Assembly: GCA_030753015.1 (NCBI GenBank)
Contig: JASMDC010000004.1
Coordinates: 1-64,000 of the forward strand
Source of the DNA: Candidatus Undinarchaeales archaeon
Lineage (GTDB): Archaea; SpSt-1190; JASMDC01
Direction of reading: 5' to 3'
DNA length: 64,000 bases
Both the position numbers and the translations under genes were made by a program. This document shows positions 18,501 through 27,665 of the stretch, piece after piece. The notes beneath the pieces are model-generated. The model saw only the letters and a list, made by a program, of their open reading frames with translations, was not told the DNA's origin and ran no database searches. Position 1 is the stretch's first letter, and the number at the start of each line of letters is the position of its first letter.

Positions 18501-19527
18501 AGTGACGGCCATCGAAACGGTCGACGAGGCAGCGCCAGTGCCCGCGGAGGAAACGACGATCGTCCTTGAGGTGCCGGAAGAGCCAACGGCCACTCCGGCT
18601 GTCACGACCGAGGCCCCTACCGATGGAACCGTCGTGGTGGAGCTCGATCCCATCGAGGTCGAGACCCTCCCGGGACAGGTCGTCTACACGCCCATCACCA
18701 TCAACAATCCCGAGGATGAGTCGATGAACATCACCATCACCATCATGGAACAGGGGAAGGCCGTGGTGATAAAGGGGAGCGATACCGAGATGATGGCCAC
18801 GGTCAAGGGAAAGGAGACCGTCAGGTTCATGGTCCCCGTGTCCGCCCCCGCGTCGTTCTCGGTGACCATGGAGGCAGTTCCCACCGTGCCCGTGGAGGGC
18901 GAGGACAAGACGATCAAGTACGTCCTTCCCGTGGGCGTCGTCGTCGACGACCAAAACAAGGGCAAGATCGTCTGCGATAAGGGATATGAGTGCGTCTCCG
19001 GCACACATTGCAGCTTCCAGCACTGCTGCCCCGTCCGTGACATGCCCTGGTTCTGGTCCTTCAATGCGAACGGCTGTTCGGGGGACCTGAGCATGCTCGA
19101 GGTCCCATCGCTGAACGTCAACCTCGCGCTGGGGACCGAGATCCTGCTCCCGATCAGCGTGAAGAACCCCTATTCCCATGAGGTTGAGGTGGAGGTCGGC
19201 CTCAGCGGGAGCGCGAGGGTAATGACGACGCTGGGTGTCGAGGAGAGCATCTTTAGCAAGAAGCTCACGCTGCGGCCCGGTGACCAGAGGATCGTCCTCG
19301 CACGCGTGCTCGGCACCAAGGTGGGGAGGTTCGACCTAGTCGTTGAGACACGCTGTGACGAGGCCGGCTGCGCCCTCACAGCTCCCGCACAGGTCTCCGT
19401 GCTCATCACCACGGACGCGTCACTCCTCGGGGACCAGGTCGAGATCCGGACCGCGCCTGGAACGGGTGTGGCCGAAGTAGCGTTCCTCGCCCTCCTCAGC
19501 CTTGGGTACCTCTACCGCAGGGACTGA
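15577..19527 (+). CDS. Large Cys-rich surface protein, one frame interrupted by TAG at 16186-16188
   Basis: ORFs 15577..16188 and 16189..19527 are in the same frame and abut; the first has the signal peptide, the second the C-terminal PG-TM-RR anchor. Confidence 0.75.
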
Positions 19528-19542
19528 ATCCCGACGAGCGCC

Positions 19543-21540
19543 CTAGGAGCGACGTCTGCTAGTGGCAGCCACTGCTACGAGCATTAGGAAGAAACCGCCC
19601 GCGAGCAGGATGGGGAACCAGGTTAGACCACTCATGAATCCGGGATAATCGTCTGTGGAAGATGTGTCGGCCAAGGTCTCCAACGGCCTATCGGACGCGG
19701 AAGGTGGTGGTTGTGAGATAGCTACCGGGACATCGGTCGCGGCCGGGGTCGTGGGCCCGCCCGGGGGCGGAGCGGTCGCTGAAGGTGTGTCCGTTGCGGA
19801 CACCGGCGTCACCGTCGCTGCAGATGGAGCGGGCCTGTCGAGCGAGCAGTCGCCGTCCTGTGCGGACGTGCACCCCGGAGGACAGAGCTTGTCCCCTTCC
19901 ACACCACAACACGCGCACGACTCTCCTCCGTCCCCCGATGGGACACACGAGCCCTCCAGGCTCCATTTCGTGCACATGGTCTTGCAGCCGGCAGGCGTGC
20001 AAATGCATCCCCGTTCGGGATCGCACCCGGCCCCCTTCCCGGGAGTGCAGGTCGACAGCGTGCACCCGTCATCCGAGCACGCTTGTTCGCCGAAGAAACA
20101 TACTCTGCCCACCATCGAGCCCGGCGATGGGCATACATCCTCATCGACGACACAGCCATCGACCGTGCACCGGCTCTTGAGGAAGCAGCTATCGAAGTCG
20201 AGGAAGGGCTCGAAGTCACAGGGTTGACGCACAACGGCACAGCCGAACGAGGTGCACTCCCCGGGGCCGTACACGCACATGTCGCCATCCATGGTGCCGG
20301 GGAGAGGGCACGTTTCGCACGAGGGAGGATCGCCGACATCGAACAGGAGGAACTCGTCGTTGAACTCGCCGTCGAGCGCGGCGTTGCCGAGTATGAAGAG
20401 GGCCTGGTCGAAAGCGCCGAAGCAGTCCCAGTCCGTGGTCGCCCCACACGCGGACGGATCGCCCGTGTTGCCGGAATGGGGCCCGTCGCCGAAGCGTTCG
20501 GCCCATTCGATGTACTTCGCCTCACCGGTGAGCTCGAACGCCAGCGAGGACGCGAGCATGTAGAAGCCCTGGTCGTTGCCAGCCCCACAGTCGAAGTCAC
20601 CGCGGGAGGGGCCACAGTCGGTCTGCTGCCCGAACCACGAGCCAGACCACAGGGCCTTGTCCATCCACTCCTTGAACGGCTCGTCACCCAGCACGCGGTA
20701 GGCCGCGCCGTACGAGAGGGCGACCATGGCGTTGATAGCGCCGCCACCGCAGTCCCAGTCGCCATTGGGGCTGCACTCATTGGACCCCTGCTCTGCGAGG
20801 CTCCGCGCATATCCGAGGTAGGTCTTATTGCCCGTGACATCCGCCAGGGACAGGTACCCGAGGACCATGAGCGCCTGGTCCTCGCCCTCCACACAGTCCC
20901 ATCCCGCATCGGGCCCGCACTGGCACTCGGGGCAGGAGTAGCTCCCCCGTGGACCGTCGGCGAGCGACTCGGCATAGGAGAGATAGGTGGCGTTGCCCGT
21001 GAGACCGTACAGCTTGAGGTATCCCAGGAGCATCATACCCTGGTATCGACCCTCACCGCAGTCCCAGTTGCTGTCGGGACCGCACCTGAGCGGATCGCTG
21101 GACGAGTCGCCTGACGGTCCTGCCAGGGCGAGAGCGTGGAGGGACATGAACTCCTGGATGTCATCGGATAGCTCGAACGCCCGGGCGTAGCCGAGCATCA
21201 TGTAGCCCTGGGAGTAGCCGTTCTCGCAGGACCATCCCGTTCCCGGGCCGCACTCGGTCGAGCCTGTCCGCGCGAGCGATAGCATGTTCTCGAGATAGAT
21301 ATCGTCGCCCGTCTCCTCGTACACCCGGGCGTAGGCGAGGAGCATGGCGCCCTGATGGGCGCCGATACCGCAGTCCCAGTCGGAACCGGGGCCGCACGCG
21401 TAACTGCCGCCCCCTCCCGTGCTCGAATCTGAGAGCGAGCGCATATGGTCGAGCCTGTCCGCGCGGTCGAATCCCGCAGCGAGGGACAGGATGATGAGGA
21501 TGACGACAAGACAAGAGGGCCGCACCAAGCTACGTCTCAT
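19543..21540 (-). CDS. Secreted repeat protein: 7 CGPxxxWDC-helix-helix repeats, Cys-rich stalk, PGF-TM-basic C-terminus
   Basis: Signal peptide from ATG 21540; repeats visible in translation; YPGF...TM...SRRRS. Confidence 0.8.
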   Translation of the reverse strand: MRRSLVRPSCLVVILIILSLAAGFDRADRLDHMRSLSDSSTGGGGSYACGPGSDWDCGIGAHQGAMLLAYARVYEETGDDIYLENMLSLARTGSTECGPGTGWSCENGYSQGYMMLGYARAFELSDDIQEFMSLHALALAGPSGDSSSDPLRCGPDSNWDCGEGRYQGMMLLGYLKLYGLTGNATYLSYAESLADGPRGSYSCPECQCGPDAGWDCVEGEDQALMVLGYLSLADVTGNKTYLGYARSLAEQGSNECSPNGDWDCGGGAINAMVALSYGAAYRVLGDEPFKEWMDKALWSGSWFGQQTDCGPSRGDFDCGAGNDQGFYMLASSLAFELTGEAKYIEWAERFGDGPHSGNTGDPSACGATTDWDCFGAFDQALFILGNAALDGEFNDEFLLFDVGDPPSCETCPLPGTMDGDMCVYGPGECTSFGCAVVRQPCDFEPFLDFDSCFLKSRCTVDGCVVDEDVCPSPGSMVGRVCFFGEQACSDDGCTLSTCTPGKGAGCDPERGCICTPAGCKTMCTKWSLEGSCVPSGDGGESCACCGVEGDKLCPPGCTSAQDGDCSLDRPAPSAATVTPVSATDTPSATAPPPGGPTTPAATDVPVAISQPPPSASDRPLETLADTSSTDDYPGFMSGLTWFPILLAGGFFLMLVAVAATSRRRS

Positions 21541-21542
21541 GG

Positions 21543-23474
21543 TCACGCTCCCTTCTTGCCGGAGAGCCCACGCACGTCCCCCGAAGATACGGTGGAATCG
21601 GCCCCTACGTCCCCCTCTCCCCTGAGCCACTCCAGGACGTTCCGCATCAGCCGCGTGTGCTCGAAGGGCGCCTCCGAGGATACGACACGGTAGTCCCCGA
21701 TGCACAGTACCCTGCCCTTCCCGCGTGTGGTGGCCACCATGATGGGGATGAGCCCCTTCTTCTCGAAATCGTCGTACCTGAGGTTGAGGTTCTGGTCGCC
21801 GAAGCTCTCCTTGCTGCCAAAGGCCAGCACCATGGCGTCGGTGCTCGACAGGGAGCAGCTTCTGAATATACGCATGCGACCGACGCTCTTGAGGATGGGG
21901 TGGTTTGCCAGCCCCTCGAGGAGGGGCGCCACCGTGACCCGGTAGCCCGTGTCAGTAAGTTCGTAATCGCAAACAAGGTCCTTGTTGAACCGTATTCCGA
22001 ACGCCCCCGACAGGGATGTACAGGCGTTCGCGTCACCTGAACCGAGCCCCGAGGCGAGGATGAGGAGCCCCATACCGCGGTACCGGACGCTATCGATGAT
22101 GGCCGACACCTCGTCCTCCGTATAGCGCGAAACGGGATTGGCCACTACCAGCACGTCCGTCTCTTTCAGGACGGACATGATGTCGCTCTCCCTCTGGACC
22201 TCGCATTCCATGTCCTCGGCCGTCGAGATGAGCGGCGAGAGCGCCGTCATGAGCTTGGGGTCCTGGCCATGGCCCACGTCGAACGTGATCGCTGTTCGTG
22301 CGGTCAGGAGACCTGATGTGCTCAGCTCGCGGGCCAGGGCGAGGGTGAAACCCGCGGAGAGCACGACGAACGTGAGCACGAGAGGGACCAGGGCGAATCC
22401 CCGGAACGGGCTCGGGCTCGGGCTCGGGGTCGAGATCGCCTCCGACGAGGGGATTGCCTCGACGGTCGATGTAGCGGACGGCGCTACAGTCGCCCGTCCC
22501 AGGTGCTCCACGACCGCGGGTGTCGGCTCGGCGATGGTTGTCAGATAGTCCATCTCCTGACGGATCAGGATCCGCTGGTTCGCTTGGTCCGTTATGTACA
22601 CCTTACCTTCGAAGAGGAATATCCCATGAGGCGTGTTCAGTTCCAGTGGGCCCGAACCGTGCTTACCGGTCCCGTACTGGCCGAGATGGCCCCCGTCCCG
22701 ATCGAACACCTGGACGCGGTGGTTCTCCGAGTCCGCCACAAAGACCCTTCCGCTCCCCTCGTCGACAAAGACGTCCCGGGGCTGGAGGAGCTGTCCGGGA
22801 CCGCTCCCTGTACCGTCCCCGATGTGTCTGCGAAACAGGCCCGCGCGGTTGAACACACTGATCCTGTCGTTCTCCATGTCGGCCACATAGACCTCGGTGG
22901 CGGTGACATAGATGCCATAAGGGGACTCCAGCCTACCGTCCTCCGCACCAGGTAATCCCGCTATCCGATACTGGGGAGCCCCGGTCGAGTTGAACACGCT
23001 GATCCGGTGGTTGCCTATGTCCGATACGAACACATTACCGTCCCGCACGAACACGCTCACCGGGAAGCTGAACTGGTCGGGCGCGTCGCCCTCGGTCCCT
23101 GTCCCGATCATTCCCACAGAATTGCCGTCCAGGTCGAACATGCTCACCCGGTGGTTGGCGGCGTCTGCCACGTAGACACGGTTGTCTGCGACGAAGACGT
23201 CCTCCGGCTCATTGAACTGGGTCGAGAGGCTACCGTTCAGTCCCGCTCCGATCTGGCCGACGTGGTTCCCGTCCAGGTCGAACACGCTCACCCTGTAATT
23301 GAGGCGTTCTGCGACATAGAGCTTCCCGCCCACGACGAAGACACCGCACGGCTCGTAGAACTCTCCCGGACCATCGCCGAGCTGTCCAGTTCTCCCAATC
23401 TGCTGGAGCGCTGTCCCGAGAGCGAGCGCGAGGGCAAGGGCACCAATGATAAGGACTGCGTTCGTCCTCCCCAC
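21543..23474 (-). CDS. NHL-repeat beta-propeller + TM + GIFT (GldG/IFT52-like) domain protein
   Basis: Six F..P..VFV...YVAD..NHR.SVF repeats; TM helix; FDVGHGQ...DVLVVANP..YTEDE...GKGRVLCIGD. Confidence 0.8.
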   Translation of the reverse strand: MGRTNAVLIIGALALALALGTALQQIGRTGQLGDGPGEFYEPCGVFVVGGKLYVAERLNYRVSVFDLDGNHVGQIGAGLNGSLSTQFNEPEDVFVADNRVYVADAANHRVSMFDLDGNSVGMIGTGTEGDAPDQFSFPVSVFVRDGNVFVSDIGNHRISVFNSTGAPQYRIAGLPGAEDGRLESPYGIYVTATEVYVADMENDRISVFNRAGLFRRHIGDGTGSGPGQLLQPRDVFVDEGSGRVFVADSENHRVQVFDRDGGHLGQYGTGKHGSGPLELNTPHGIFLFEGKVYITDQANQRILIRQEMDYLTTIAEPTPAVVEHLGRATVAPSATSTVEAIPSSEAISTPSPSPSPFRGFALVPLVLTFVVLSAGFTLALARELSTSGLLTARTAITFDVGHGQDPKLMTALSPLISTAEDMECEVQRESDIMSVLKETDVLVVANPVSRYTEDEVSAIIDSVRYRGMGLLILASGLGSGDANACTSLSGAFGIRFNKDLVCDYELTDTGYRVTVAPLLEGLANHPILKSVGRMRIFRSCSLSSTDAMVLAFGSKESFGDQNLNLRYDDFEKKGLIPIMVATTRGKGRVLCIGDYRVVSSEAPFEHTRLMRNVLEWLRGEGDVGADSTVSSGDVRGLSGKKGA

Positions 23475-23558
23475 GACAATATTGTAACGACAAGATAATA
23501 AAAACCTGTGGTCGGGCCCGCACTCGTCGGTGCCCGGCCGTGGGATTGCCGCGACCGC

Positions 23559-23930
23559 CTAGGTGCTCAGGTAGTCCTTGACCTTGTCGACCATGTATTT
23601 GCCACCAGTGACGAGCCCGTCGACCACCGCCAGGCCAGCGGGCACGGTCCAGAAAGTGGCGGCATCGATCACCGCACCGGTCACCATCCCCAGGAACCTT
23701 GCTGTTTCGTTCTCATGGTAGTTGGATCCGTTGCGCCCCAGGGCCTCGTCCAGCCCGTCGTACACGGTGGTCAGGGTATGCTCCCCGTAAGGCAATCCCC
23801 TTGCCTCGGACAGGTTCCGGTCGATCACCATTGAGAGGCCGTCGCAAATTGTGACAACTGCGCTCAGGTAGTCCTTTAGGAAGCTCGAGTCGTGTTCTCT
23901 GTCCTCTATTGGATCGATATCGTAGTACAT
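23559..23930 (-). CDS. Hypothetical protein
   Basis: ORF with TATA-like TTATAATG about 35 nt upstream of ATG 23930; hydrophobic C-terminal segment. Confidence 0.5.
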   Translation of the reverse strand: MYYDIDPIEDREHDSSFLKDYLSAVVTICDGLSMVIDRNLSEARGLPYGEHTLTTVYDGLDEALGRNGSNYHENETARFLGMVTGAVIDAATFWTVPAGLAVVDGLVTGGKYMVDKVKDYLST

Positions 23931-24085
23931 ACCCGTGCACCCGAGGTGACCATGCGGAAGATGCGCATTATAAGCGTTGTCTTTGGCAAGCGTACTCCCT
24001 GTTTCCTGTCGTCTTACGGACAATGGAGGGACACTTTGGTTGATGGGGTACTCGAGAACGGGATACTCGGTCCCCGGCGCGGCCC

Positions 24086-25525
24086 TCACCCACAGATCTC
24101 GTAGATGGCCGCGGCATAGATCTCGGCGTTACGGACCAGTGAGTCGACGGTCACACGTTCATTGGGCTGGTGGGCCATCTCCGGCTCTCCGGGCATAGTG
24201 GGCCCGAAGCTAACGGCCCGCGGCATGGCTTTGGCGTAGGTTGTGCCGCCGATGGCGTGGAGGGTCGCCTGCTGGCCGGTAACGTCAGTGTAGGCCTTCT
24301 GGAGCGAGACTACAAGCGGATCTGACGGATCCACGTACAGGGGGTCCAGGCCATGCTCGCTAGGTATCACTGCGAGATCGTAGCCATTTGCGGCCTGGGT
24401 AACCCGCTCGGACAGCTCCTCCTGGGTGATGCCGTAGGGGAACCGGATGTTGATGGTGGCTCTCGCCTCGTCCTGCGTCGCGTACACAACACCCAGGTTG
24501 GCGGTCGTGTCGCCCAGGAAGTCGTGGTGTGCAGCGATGCCCAGGCTGCCGCCGTTGGTCTCGCACCCAATGCGGTCGTTGATGAACCGCACTATCTCGG
24601 TCGCCGCACCGTCCGAGGCGTCGATCCCACCGATATATGAGGCAACGTCCACTATGGCGTTGTGCCCGGCTGCCGGGGTGCTCCCGTGGGCGCTGCGCCC
24701 AGCAGCGGACACCGTGATCTCGTGGTCGCCTGTAGGCGCTACGGTGAGTGCTGCGTCCGGATTGGCCGCATTGAACTGCTCGGCAGCGGCGTACAGCTCC
24801 TTGTAGGCGTCGGCGGGATTGCCGTTCACGTGGAGCACCGCAGAGGCGCTGTCGGGCACCATGTTGGAGCGCAAGCCGCCCTCGAGGGAGGTTAAATCGT
24901 AGGCGCCCTTGGCACCACCGGAGTGCGAGGATGTGAGATGGAGGTCCTTGAACCCCTTCTCGCCGTTGATGATGGGGAAGTCGGCGTCGGGGACGATGGA
25001 CATGTCGGGCGCGCCCTCCTTCTCCAGGTAATGGGCGATACCCGTCCACCCTCCGCTCTCCTCGTTTGTGCCGAAGATGACTTTCACGCGCTTGTTGAGG
25101 GTGACCCCCGAGTCCTGGAGGGCCTTGAGGGCGTAGAGCACGGAGATGGCGGGGCCCTTGTCATCCATGGCACCACGGCCCCATAGCTCGCCGTCCACGA
25201 TCTCGCCGCCAAAGGGCTCGTGCTCCCAGCCGTCACCGGCAGGGACCACGTCCACGTGGAGGAGCACGCCCAGGGTCTCGTCACCCTGGCCTACTTCCAC
25301 GACAGCGGCCTGGCCGTCGAGATTGCGATAAGTGAATCCGAACTTGTCCGCCAGCTCCCCGATGTAGTCGAGAGCACGGGCTATGTCAGGACCGAGCGGG
25401 TCCCCGTCCACGGGCTCATCGGGCCGCACGGAGGGGATCTTGAGGAACTCACTGGTGTCATGGGCGATGTCATCCCGGTATCCCTGGATGAGAGCCCTTG
25501 CACGACCGAGCTCCTTGTCTGACAT
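24086..25525 (-). CDS. pepV: M20 family dipeptidase PepV-like
   Basis: HVDVVP, GRGAMDDKGP, GTNEESG, PDADFPIINGEKG, SAHGSTP, GGTTYA, HQPNE. Confidence 0.9.
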   Translation of the reverse strand: MSDKELGRARALIQGYRDDIAHDTSEFLKIPSVRPDEPVDGDPLGPDIARALDYIGELADKFGFTYRNLDGQAAVVEVGQGDETLGVLLHVDVVPAGDGWEHEPFGGEIVDGELWGRGAMDDKGPAISVLYALKALQDSGVTLNKRVKVIFGTNEESGGWTGIAHYLEKEGAPDMSIVPDADFPIINGEKGFKDLHLTSSHSGGAKGAYDLTSLEGGLRSNMVPDSASAVLHVNGNPADAYKELYAAAEQFNAANPDAALTVAPTGDHEITVSAAGRSAHGSTPAAGHNAIVDVASYIGGIDASDGAATEIVRFINDRIGCETNGGSLGIAAHHDFLGDTTANLGVVYATQDEARATINIRFPYGITQEELSERVTQAANGYDLAVIPSEHGLDPLYVDPSDPLVVSLQKAYTDVTGQQATLHAIGGTTYAKAMPRAVSFGPTMPGEPEMAHQPNERVTVDSLVRNAEIYAAAIYEICG

Positions 25526-25591
25526 GGCCGGGTTCTGCAGGGTACGGTGTTTATGAATGTTTCTATGGGTTGAAAAGGGCCGAAGCGTCGA

Positions 25592-26287
25592 TTATCCGCG
25601 TCGCACTGCCTTTTCCTGCAGCCGTTGTTGCACTGGTCCGCTGGTCAGCTCACGCAGAGCGTCGCCGGCCACCCACCTCGCGGCCTTCGTGTCCTGCTGC
25701 TTGACACGCTCGGCGCACGCGATGGCCTTCGCGTTCAGGGCGAGGTCCCGCTTGCCGATCTGTCGGAGCGCCCAGTTGACGGCCTTCTTCACGCCGTTGC
25801 GGCCGTCCCCGGCCTCCCGTTCGATGAGGGGGAGGTACGCCTCGAAGACATCGTCGGACGCTTTTTTGTCGCCTACCGCCAGAGTGGCCATGAGCGAGAA
25901 CCCCGCCCGCTTGACGAACTCCTCCTCCCGAGCAGACCACTCGACGGCCTTGGCATGACCGTAGGAAGTATGGCGGAAGAGGTTCATGCAGCACTGGTCG
26001 CACAGCTCCCAGTCCTGGAACTGGCCAGCCCAGGCGTCCATGATCCCGGGGGTTATCCGCGTCGGATCGGCGACGATCGAGGCCAGGATCCGTGTCTCCC
26101 GCAGGCCCTCACCCCAGAGGACTAGGGCGAGCTCGTGGTCACGGCCTATCTCTCTGGCCAGGGCACGGAGCATTGGTACCCGCACGCCCAGTGCCTTGTC
26201 CGGCGATATCCCGAACCGCGCCATCCCGGCCACGGAGGCGGCGTCCGCGCTGGCGTGTAGCTTCGCGAGCACCTCGTCTGGGCCCAT
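25592..26287 (-). CDS. DNA alkylation repair glycosylase, AlkD-like
   Basis: GMARFGI, GVRVPMLR.LA, WELCDQCC, VKKAVNWALRQIGKR. Confidence 0.88.
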   Translation of the reverse strand: MGPDEVLAKLHASADAASVAGMARFGISPDKALGVRVPMLRALAREIGRDHELALVLWGEGLRETRILASIVADPTRITPGIMDAWAGQFQDWELCDQCCMNLFRHTSYGHAKAVEWSAREEEFVKRAGFSLMATLAVGDKKASDDVFEAYLPLIEREAGDGRNGVKKAVNWALRQIGKRDLALNAKAIACAERVKQQDTKAARWVAGDALRELTSGPVQQRLQEKAVRRG

Positions 26288-26351
26288 CGCACCCGATGTC
26301 CAGACAAAGCGATAAAAGGTTTCCCACCCGGTACATCCCTGTTGTGATACC

Positions 26352-26942
26352 ATGATTGTGTTCGCTGTAGTCGATGTTATCTCCGGAAGGGACGAGGAGG
26401 TCTGGACGAGCATGGCCAAGTGTCTCAAAGGCCTCAAGGGGGACGTCACACCCCTCATCATGAACCGTATCTTCGAGCAGGAGGATATCGCGCTCACCCT
26501 TCGTGTAACGGACCCTAAGATGCTCCCCACGTTCCTCATCGAGAACGTCCGGTCTATCGAGGGGGTGCGGGACATCGAGACGTTCTCGCTCTTCGAGGGA
26601 ACGTTCCTCGCCGAGAATGACCGGGTCCAACGGGACGCCGAGGGGCTGCATGCCTATGCTTTCATCGCCACCGAGCCGGGACAGGACCGGGAGGTCTACG
26701 ACATGCTCTGCTCGCTCGGTGAGCACATGAGCGTGTACCCGCGTTTCGTAGCGTTCACGTTCCACAAGATGAAGTGTACGATCATCCTCTCCCTAAACGC
26801 TCCGAGCATCGATACGCTGGAGGAGTTCCTCATCGAGAAGGTCCGCAGCATAGAGGGCGTCACGGACACCCAGACGATGATAGGTACGCGATACCAGTTC
26901 CTCGTGGAACCGAGCGATGTCTACAAGGGCAGGACTACCTAG
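26352..26942 (+). CDS. Tandem Lrp/AsnC ligand-binding (RAM) domain protein without HTH
   Basis: Internal duplication FLIE(N/K)VRSIEGV.D..T. Confidence 0.75.
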   Translation: MIVFAVVDVISGRDEEVWTSMAKCLKGLKGDVTPLIMNRIFEQEDIALTLRVTDPKMLPTFLIENVRSIEGVRDIETFSLFEGTFLAENDRVQRDAEGLHAYAFIATEPGQDREVYDMLCSLGEHMSVYPRFVAFTFHKMKCTIILSLNAPSIDTLEEFLIEKVRSIEGVTDTQTMIGTRYQFLVEPSDVYKGRTT

Positions 26943-26948
26943 GTACCT

Positions 26949-27350
26949 TCAGAACAGGGCCACGTTCTTGCGGGTCACTCCCTCCACCGTGCCGAGAGCG
27001 TCCAGCAAGGCCTGGACCGGGACCGCGTCACCCGCCACGACGACCACATGGAGCAGGCCCTTGCGATCGGTCCCTGCTTCGATGTGGGAACGGACCACCT
27101 CATGATGTGCCCGTAGCGTGGTGTGCACGTCCACGTCAGGTCCGGCCAGTAGGGTCACGGTACCGCGTACCCTCCCATGAAGTCGCGCAGGGTCGCACTT
27201 CTCCTCCAAGAGTAGCCGGAGGGCGTCCCGCACCGCCTGGGAACGGCCGGAGTAATTGCACTCGGTCACCACGCGCTCGAGCTGGGCGAGGAGCTCCTCG
27301 TCCAGTGCGAGGCTGATCATCCGCTGCTTGGTCCCCAGTACCATGGTCAC
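26949..27350 (-). CDS. NikR/CopG-like ribbon-helix-helix regulator
   Basis: ISLALDEELL..L...Y.GRSQAVRDALR plus NikR-C-like domain (GTVTL..HHEVVRSH). Confidence 0.8.
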   Translation of the reverse strand: MTMVLGTKQRMISLALDEELLAQLERVVTECNYSGRSQAVRDALRLLLEEKCDPARLHGRVRGTVTLLAGPDVDVHTTLRAHHEVVRSHIEAGTDRKGLLHVVVVAGDAVPVQALLDALGTVEGVTRKNVALF

Positions 27351-27665
27351 GAGCCGTGAGCAAGTATAGATTATGTAGCTTTAAAATGACATGGTAACCG
27401 ATGGGGAGGACCGGACTCGTCCTGCTCGCGGTGCTCGCGACCACCCTTCTCGCCGCGACACGGCCCATCCCTCTGGCCGCGCGGGCGACTGGTGGATCAT
27501 TGCTCGAGGTGCGTTACGGGACGCCACCCATGTAGGATGCGGGACGGAGCCTTACGATGCTCTCCCTGATGGGATTGGTCATCGCTAGTATCGTTGAAAA
27601 GCGGACGCGATCGTCCCGATGATCCGTTTCAGATGGAAGCAGCAGCACCGTGGATGAAGCGCACC

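Noticed and set aside
22407-22428. (CGGGCT)n microsatellite as a phase-variation tract
   Set aside because: The 6-bp unit keeps frame and encodes a Ser-Pro linker.
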